The notes beneath the pieces were generated by a model. It did no database searches. It was not told the origin of the DNA and was given only the letters and a program-made list of their open reading frames with translations. A DNA stretch of 32,000 nucleotides from Nanobdella aerobiophila (GTDB lineage: Archaea > Nanobdellota > Nanobdellia > Nanobdellales > Nanobdellaceae): the NCBI RefSeq assembly GCF_023169545.1, contig NZ_AP019769.1, forward strand, positions 120,001 to 152,000, written 5' to 3'. The position numbers and the translations under genes were made by a program. Each line of letters begins with the position of its first letter. The first letter of the stretch is position 1. Positions 27,117 through 32,000 of this stretch are shown piece by piece.

Positions 27117-28091
27117 TTATAAATTCTCTTTAAACTCTTTTGCAGTTTCTTCAGGAATTGAAGATATTATATATTCTAGGTGTCCGATTTCCATATATCC
27201 TATATCAAATAAAGGCCTTTGTAATAATCTAATTATAGGGAAGGTTCTAGAGTCTTTTAGATATGTAGTATCAAATATAACCATATTAAAGTTTTCATAT
27301 AATCTTTCATAAGTTACTAAAATATTATATAATTCTTCAATAAACTTTTCTAGATTATTTTCTGATAAGAAGTATATACCAAATGATTCTAAGTAGCCTA
27401 ATAATTCATTATTTCTAAATGGTGCAAAAGAAGCCCATAATTTTATTATATCATCCATAATTATTCTTTGATTTAGTTTTTTTTCAAAATTAAAATAATC
27501 CTCTATAAAAAATTTTTTATATTTTTCAAAATATTTCTGAGATTTATTTAGATAGGTTTTAAAATAATTTGTTGGTTCCTTTTCCAATAATATTTGTAGA
27601 TGTAAATGTTCTTGTGATGCACCTGCTGAAAATCCTTTATTCATATTTATAAATATATATTTATATTCCTTTTCCGGTACTTTTTCATAAAATTCTTTTA
27701 TTAATAGAAAAGAATTATATAGATCTAGTTTATTCAATTTTGCTATATTTTTTATATGTTTTTTGTAATTTGGTACCAGTACAGCATGATATCTACCATA
27801 TGGATATTTATTAGAAAATAATATTGAATCTCCTAAACTAATTTTTTCCATAAATTCAAAATCCGGGGTATTCTTATATGGATCGCAAAAATAACAGATA
27901 TTATTTTTTTTACTTATATTTTTATAATTTCTAGGTTTATATTTTATAGATTTATTTATTCTAATTTTATAATTTGTAATAGGATCATATCTTTCTTCTA
28001 TTATATATCTTTCAATATTGTTATTAAAAAAATTTCTTGATTCATATTCATAGCTTATTAATTTTAAATCCTCGTTAAATACTTCTTCCAT
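27117..28091 (-). CDS. HIT-superfamily / GalT-like nucleotidyltransferase or hydrolase
   Basis: 'CYFCDPYKNTPD', 'NKYPYGRYHAVLVPNYKKH', HIT motif 'SQEHLHLQILLE', 'FAPFRNNELLGYLE'. Confidence 0.65.
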   Translation of the reverse strand: MEEVFNEDLKLISYEYESRNFFNNNIERYIIEERYDPITNYKIRINKSIKYKPRNYKNISKKNNICYFCDPYKNTPDFEFMEKISLGDSILFSNKYPYGRYHAVLVPNYKKHIKNIAKLNKLDLYNSFLLIKEFYEKVPEKEYKYIFINMNKGFSAGASQEHLHLQILLEKEPTNYFKTYLNKSQKYFEKYKKFFIEDYFNFEKKLNQRIIMDDIIKLWASFAPFRNNELLGYLESFGIYFLSENNLEKFIEELYNILVTYERLYENFNMVIFDTTYLKDSRTFPIIRLLQRPLFDIGYMEIGHLEYIISSIPEETAKEFKENL

Positions 28092-28175
28092 ATATTGCTA
28101 ATACATTTAAATATTTATAATTTCTTTTATTTTATTATCTAGATTTTTATTATTTAAATCATCATATAAATATAT

Positions 28176-28480
28176 TTCAAAATTTTATATTATCTTTCTG
28201 ATATATTTCTATAGTATATTTTCCATCTGAACAAAGAGGTATTTTAAGTTCTGATATATAAATAGGTAATTTAAAATATTCTATAGGCTTTGTTAAATAC
28301 TCTTTATCATTAGATGCTTATTTTATGTATTTAAAATTATTTTTTTACACATAGATAAGTATAATTATTTTAAAATATATGTATCTACTTTATCTAATTT
28401 TTTAGCAAAATTTAATCTTATATGATATTTTTTAATAAAATGATCTAATACTACTCATTATCAAGTACTAAAAAAGTATC
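28176..28480 (-). pseudogene. Protein-like relic, unidentified
   Basis: Minus strand reads 'SNDKEYLTKPIEYFKLPIYISELKIPLCSDGKYTIEIYQKDNIKF*' (about 28176-28318) and, upstream in a disrupted frame, 'LDHFIKKYHIRLNFAKKLDKVDTYIL'. Confidence 0.35.
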
Positions 28481-28492
28481 TATTAATTTTAT

Positions 28493-28948
28493 TTATATAA
28501 TCTTTAATTCTTTTAGATGATCTTTATGCCTTTTTAATGTTGTATTTATTAAATTTAATCTTTCATGTATTCCCCTTAGATCTTTATTATTTCTTATATC
28601 TATATTTCCAGATTTTGCTCTTTGAACAAAATCTTGTAGTATATATAAACTTTCATTTAGATATTTGTCGAATATTTCAACATCTTGTTTTAATCTAGGA
28701 TCATCAATTCTTCTTAATAATTCAAAATATTCTCTTAATATTTTTAAATCTTCTTCCTCTAATTTTTTATCCTTCATTATTAACTTTACAATTATTGCAG
28801 GTTCTCTCTTTGAATTATCTTTCTTCATCTCTTTATTTATCTGCTCATAAATTTCATCTATCCTTTTTATTGAGTTTTCTATTTTTTTATATTCTTCTTT
28901 TATCTTTAAACTTGTAGCATCTCTCTTCTTATTAAAGAATGATACCAT
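28493..28948 (-). CDS. Hypothetical helical/coiled-coil protein
   Basis: 151 aa, charged heptad-like composition, no recognised domain. Confidence 0.6.
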   Translation of the reverse strand: MVSFFNKKRDATSLKIKEEYKKIENSIKRIDEIYEQINKEMKKDNSKREPAIIVKLIMKDKKLEEEDLKILREYFELLRRIDDPRLKQDVEIFDKYLNESLYILQDFVQRAKSGNIDIRNNKDLRGIHERLNLINTTLKRHKDHLKELKII

Positions 28949-29814
28949 ATATTTCTATAAGTTCTTTGTTATATATAAATTAAATCTTGATCTATAGTAT
29001 TAATGGTTATTTAATAATCTAGTATTGTTGAGATCATATCCTATAATGCTGTTTATATCTACCGATAAATAGTTTATAAACTTTGAGGTTTGAGCTAAAT
29101 AGAGTATTAGATAATATAAGTCCTTCAATAAATATCATCCATTTTTTATTTTTAGGTAAAAATTTATATTTAGTTGCATTATTAATAATTTTATCTAAAG
29201 ATTTTATTATTTTAAAATGTATTATTTTAACTTTATAAATAATATTAAACGAATCTTAATTTATTTTTTATTTCTTTTTTATTTAAAATGAACTATTAAA
29301 TTTTATATTTTTTGTATTATTTACAGGAAGGATTATATTCTTAAAGATATTGGAAAATATTATATTTGCAATCATTATGATCTCAATATATACAATTATG
29401 CTAGTTATGAATAGGCTATAACCATGGAACTTTCAAGATAGATCATTTTATCTCCAGAAAATAATTTAATACTATCAAAACCAAAGAATATACTTCAATA
29501 ATAAATATATATCTAAATATTGTTTCTTCTTTACTGCCTGTAGATATTTTACCTTTTAAATGAAATATATCCTATAATTAGAAAAGTATCAGAAAAGTAA
29601 GACAAGAGAATCATCGTCCAAAAAATATTGTTCTGCGAAGAGAATATGTTTTAAATGATTTATACAAAACTTTTTTTACTATCGAATTTCTTTTAAATAT
29701 AATTTTATCTAGAATCCAGATGGATAATTAATCGTTATTTAATTCCTTTTAATGAAATTTTTTAGAATATTTTAAATTATATAATTTAAAAATTTCAAAA
29801 TTTATTAATTATTT

Positions 29815-30057
29815 ATGATTACTACAATTACAATATCAAAAGAAATAAAAGAAGAAGTAGAAAAGGTTAAAGGAAATAAAAAATGGGACGAATTTTTAAT
29901 GGAGTTGATTAACATTTATAAAGAATATAAAAAAGAGAAAATAAAAAATTTATTAAATGAAGTTAAAAAAGATATAAATAATGAAGAACTAGATAAAATA
30001 GAACAAGAAATATTACAGTTAAGAAGAAATAATAATTTTAGGGATTATAAAATATGA
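29815..30057 (+). CDS. vapB: VapB-like antitoxin
   Basis: 'MITTITISKEIKEEVEKVKGNKKWDEFLMELI...' is an archaeal antitoxin-like N-terminus; translationally coupled (ATGA) to the PIN gene. Confidence 0.8.
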   Translation: MITTITISKEIKEEVEKVKGNKKWDEFLMELINIYKEYKKEKIKNLLNEVKKDINNEELDKIEQEILQLRRNNNFRDYKI

Positions 30058-30419
30058 ATATACTTGATACATCTTTTCTAATTGAATTAATAAGAAATAA
30101 TAATTTGCAAGATTATATTGATAATTATATATCTATAATAACATTGGAGGAGATTTTAAGAGCATTAGATAAAAATAAAAGACAAAAGATTAAAGAATTA
30201 TTAACAAATGCATTAAGTATAATTAATATAGATCAGGAAATAGTTGAAATTTATTCAGATATATTTTATACATTAAAAAATAATGGAAAAATTAAAAATG
30301 ATGCAGATATTATCATTTCTGCTACTGCAATTAAATATAATACAGAAATATTGACAAAAGATAAAGATTTTATAGATATAAAAGAATATTATCCAGAATT
30401 AAAAGTTAAAATTATTTAA
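30054..30419 (+). CDS. vapC: VapC-like PIN-domain toxin
   Basis: 'NILDTSFLIELIRNN', 'ISIITLEEILRAL', 'KIKNDADIIISATAIKYNTEILTKDKDF' retain the acidic PIN residues. Confidence 0.92.
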   Translation: MNILDTSFLIELIRNNNLQDYIDNYISIITLEEILRALDKNKRQKIKELLTNALSIINIDQEIVEIYSDIFYTLKNNGKIKNDADIIISATAIKYNTEILTKDKDFIDIKEYYPELKVKII

Positions 30420-30624
30420 TAACATTTCTATATTTGTGAATAAAATGATTTTAAAAAATTAGGGAATTTTTTATTTTCATGTAAAAATTATATTGGTAAT
30501 TTTTTATATATTCTAAAAGAGAATAAATATATGTAAATCTTATATATTATATTGGAGACTTTAATACAGTAAAAAAGTTAGAAGGAAAAGAAAGAAATAT
30601 AATATCAAAATAATTTAAAAATAG

Positions 30625-31857
30625 TTATATTTTTACTAAATTTATTATATCATTTACATCTAATACTTCAATATTTTCTGGATAATATTCTAGATTATTT
30701 TTATTAGGTAATATTAATATCTTTCTACAATTAAATTTATTTAATTTATTTTCTATTTCTTTTATCTCATTTTTATCAATATAATCTTTCCATTTTACTT
30801 CTCCCACAATTTTTAATTCTTTAAATTTAAATAATGAAATATCTATTTCATAATTTTTTTCAACTATCTTATAATAATTTAATCCATAAATCTTTGATAA
30901 TAAGGAATTAAAGAAATATTCAACATGGAATGGTATTTTATCATTTACTACTTCTTTTATTATTTCATAGACTATATCATTTTCCGATATTCCATATTTA
31001 CCTTCTAAATAAAAATATATATCTAATAATGGAGAAGAAATTATATAATAATCAAATTTTTTATTAAATACATTTATTTTATTTATTAAACCAATATTTT
31101 GTAATATTTTTAGATAACTTTGTATTATACTTGGATCATCTTTTTCAATTATTTTCTTAGAAAATAAATATGAAGATATTTCAGTAGATTTATTTTTTCC
31201 AGATGCAATTGATGTTAAAATATTGATATATGTTTTATTTAATTCTCTTTCTTCTTCATTAAATATTTCTCCTATTAAACTTTCAAATGTATACTTATTT
31301 TCTTTAAATATTCTTGCTAATTCTTCTCTTATATTTCCTTTTACAAAATCTATTATCCATGGTTCTCTAAAATATATTGCTTTTTCTATTAATTCTTTTC
31401 CATTTTCTTTATCTATTAAATATTTTATTATATCTCTTTCATCAATTAAATCTATTCTAAATTCTTCAAACAATCCTAATAGTGGTGAATGCTTTTCTAA
31501 AATTTTTTTAGATAAAAATAATGTAGAAGTAATTAATATAAGATTTATTTTTTCATAATTCGCATGTATAAAATCTAACAAATCTTCTTGTAATCTTTGA
31601 AATTCATCTATAACAACTTTTTTTCTAGATAATAAAATATCTTTTAAATAATCATATGATATATCCTTATTATTTATTATATCTATTATTCCTCCATCTC
31701 TTTTTATAAAGAAATAATAATCATAATTTGTAAAGTTTTTAATAAAAAAAGATTTACCAGTTTTTCTTCTTCCATAAACGAAAACTCTATTACCAATTTT
31801 TTCCCATCTTTTTAGATCTTCATATCTAATAACTATATTCATCATATGTATAATCAT
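30625..31857 (-). CDS. Archaeal ATPase with C-terminal DUF234 / PD-(D/E)XK-like domain
   Basis: Walker A 'FVYGRRKTGKSFFIK', Walker B-like 'KKVVIDEFQRL', C-terminal 'YEIDISLFKFKELKIVGEVKWKDYI'. Confidence 0.85.
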   Translation of the reverse strand: MIIHMMNIVIRYEDLKRWEKIGNRVFVYGRRKTGKSFFIKNFTNYDYYFFIKRDGGIIDIINNKDISYDYLKDILLSRKKVVIDEFQRLQEDLLDFIHANYEKINLILITSTLFLSKKILEKHSPLLGLFEEFRIDLIDERDIIKYLIDKENGKELIEKAIYFREPWIIDFVKGNIREELARIFKENKYTFESLIGEIFNEEERELNKTYINILTSIASGKNKSTEISSYLFSKKIIEKDDPSIIQSYLKILQNIGLINKINVFNKKFDYYIISSPLLDIYFYLEGKYGISENDIVYEIIKEVVNDKIPFHVEYFFNSLLSKIYGLNYYKIVEKNYEIDISLFKFKELKIVGEVKWKDYIDKNEIKEIENKLNKFNCRKILILPNKNNLEYYPENIEVLDVNDIINLVKI

Positions 31858-32000
31858 GGTTATACATTTTATAAATATAATTCATTATTATGGAATTATA
31901 AAAGATAAATTATACTAGATTTTTATAAAATAAGTATAGCTCTTCTGTTAGATGATTTATTAATAATTTTAAATAGATTAGAATTATTAGTTTTTAATAA

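Noticed and set aside
28665-28850. Plus-strand 61-aa ORF, and 31223-31558 plus-strand ORF
   Set aside because: Antisense to longer ORFs with better coding character.
29282-29460. Possible membrane peptide 'NELLNFIFFVLFTGRIIFLKILENIIFAIIMISIYTIMLVMNRL'
   Set aside because: No plausible early start codon, flanked by stops in a decayed region; more likely a relic or chance hydrophobic AT-rich frame.
1-32000. CRISPR array, rRNA genes or IS/transposase
   Set aside because: By eye I saw no regularly spaced direct repeats, no rRNA-like GC-rich blocks, and no DDE, serine or HUH recombinase motifs in the ORFs.

Overview
AT-rich archaeal window. The histone, RpoK, Rrp42, aEF-1beta, AsnRS, an S-layer-like protein and a C-terminal Lhr fragment are consistent with a DPANN / Nanoarchaeota-type genome, but that placement is an inference. 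The left and middle parts (about 1-23 kb) are dense with housekeeping, oxidative-stress and cell-envelope genes: truA, ef1b, map, histone, Fe/Mn-SOD, two peroxiredoxins, an Lrp-like regulator, ogt, UPF0173, GT2 and GT39-like glycosyltransferases, a membrane-anchored thioredoxin-fold candidate, an Lhr C-terminal half-gene, a tandem pair of membrane proteins, an S-layer-like protein, rrp42, rpoK, tRNA-Val(GAC), acylphosphatase, asnS and an FAD/NAD reductase. The right part (about 23.2-32 kb) is low-density accessory DNA. It holds one intact AAA_14/DUF4143-type ATPase, two decayed relatives, a DUF234-like ATPase, a VapBC pair, a HIT/GalT-like protein and long non-coding stretches with protein-like relics. 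The best leads are the Lhr half-gene starting at a domain boundary, the near-identical block shared by two otherwise divergent tandem membrane genes, the ATPase graveyard (in-frame TAG, lost nuclease-like segment, perfect 11-bp inverted repeat), an unannotated 31-aa membrane microprotein downstream of the S-layer gene, a possible PD-(D/E)XK protein beside SOD, and a short uORF before asnS. I found no CRISPR array, rRNA or transposase, and nothing I can firmly call a new multi-gene system.
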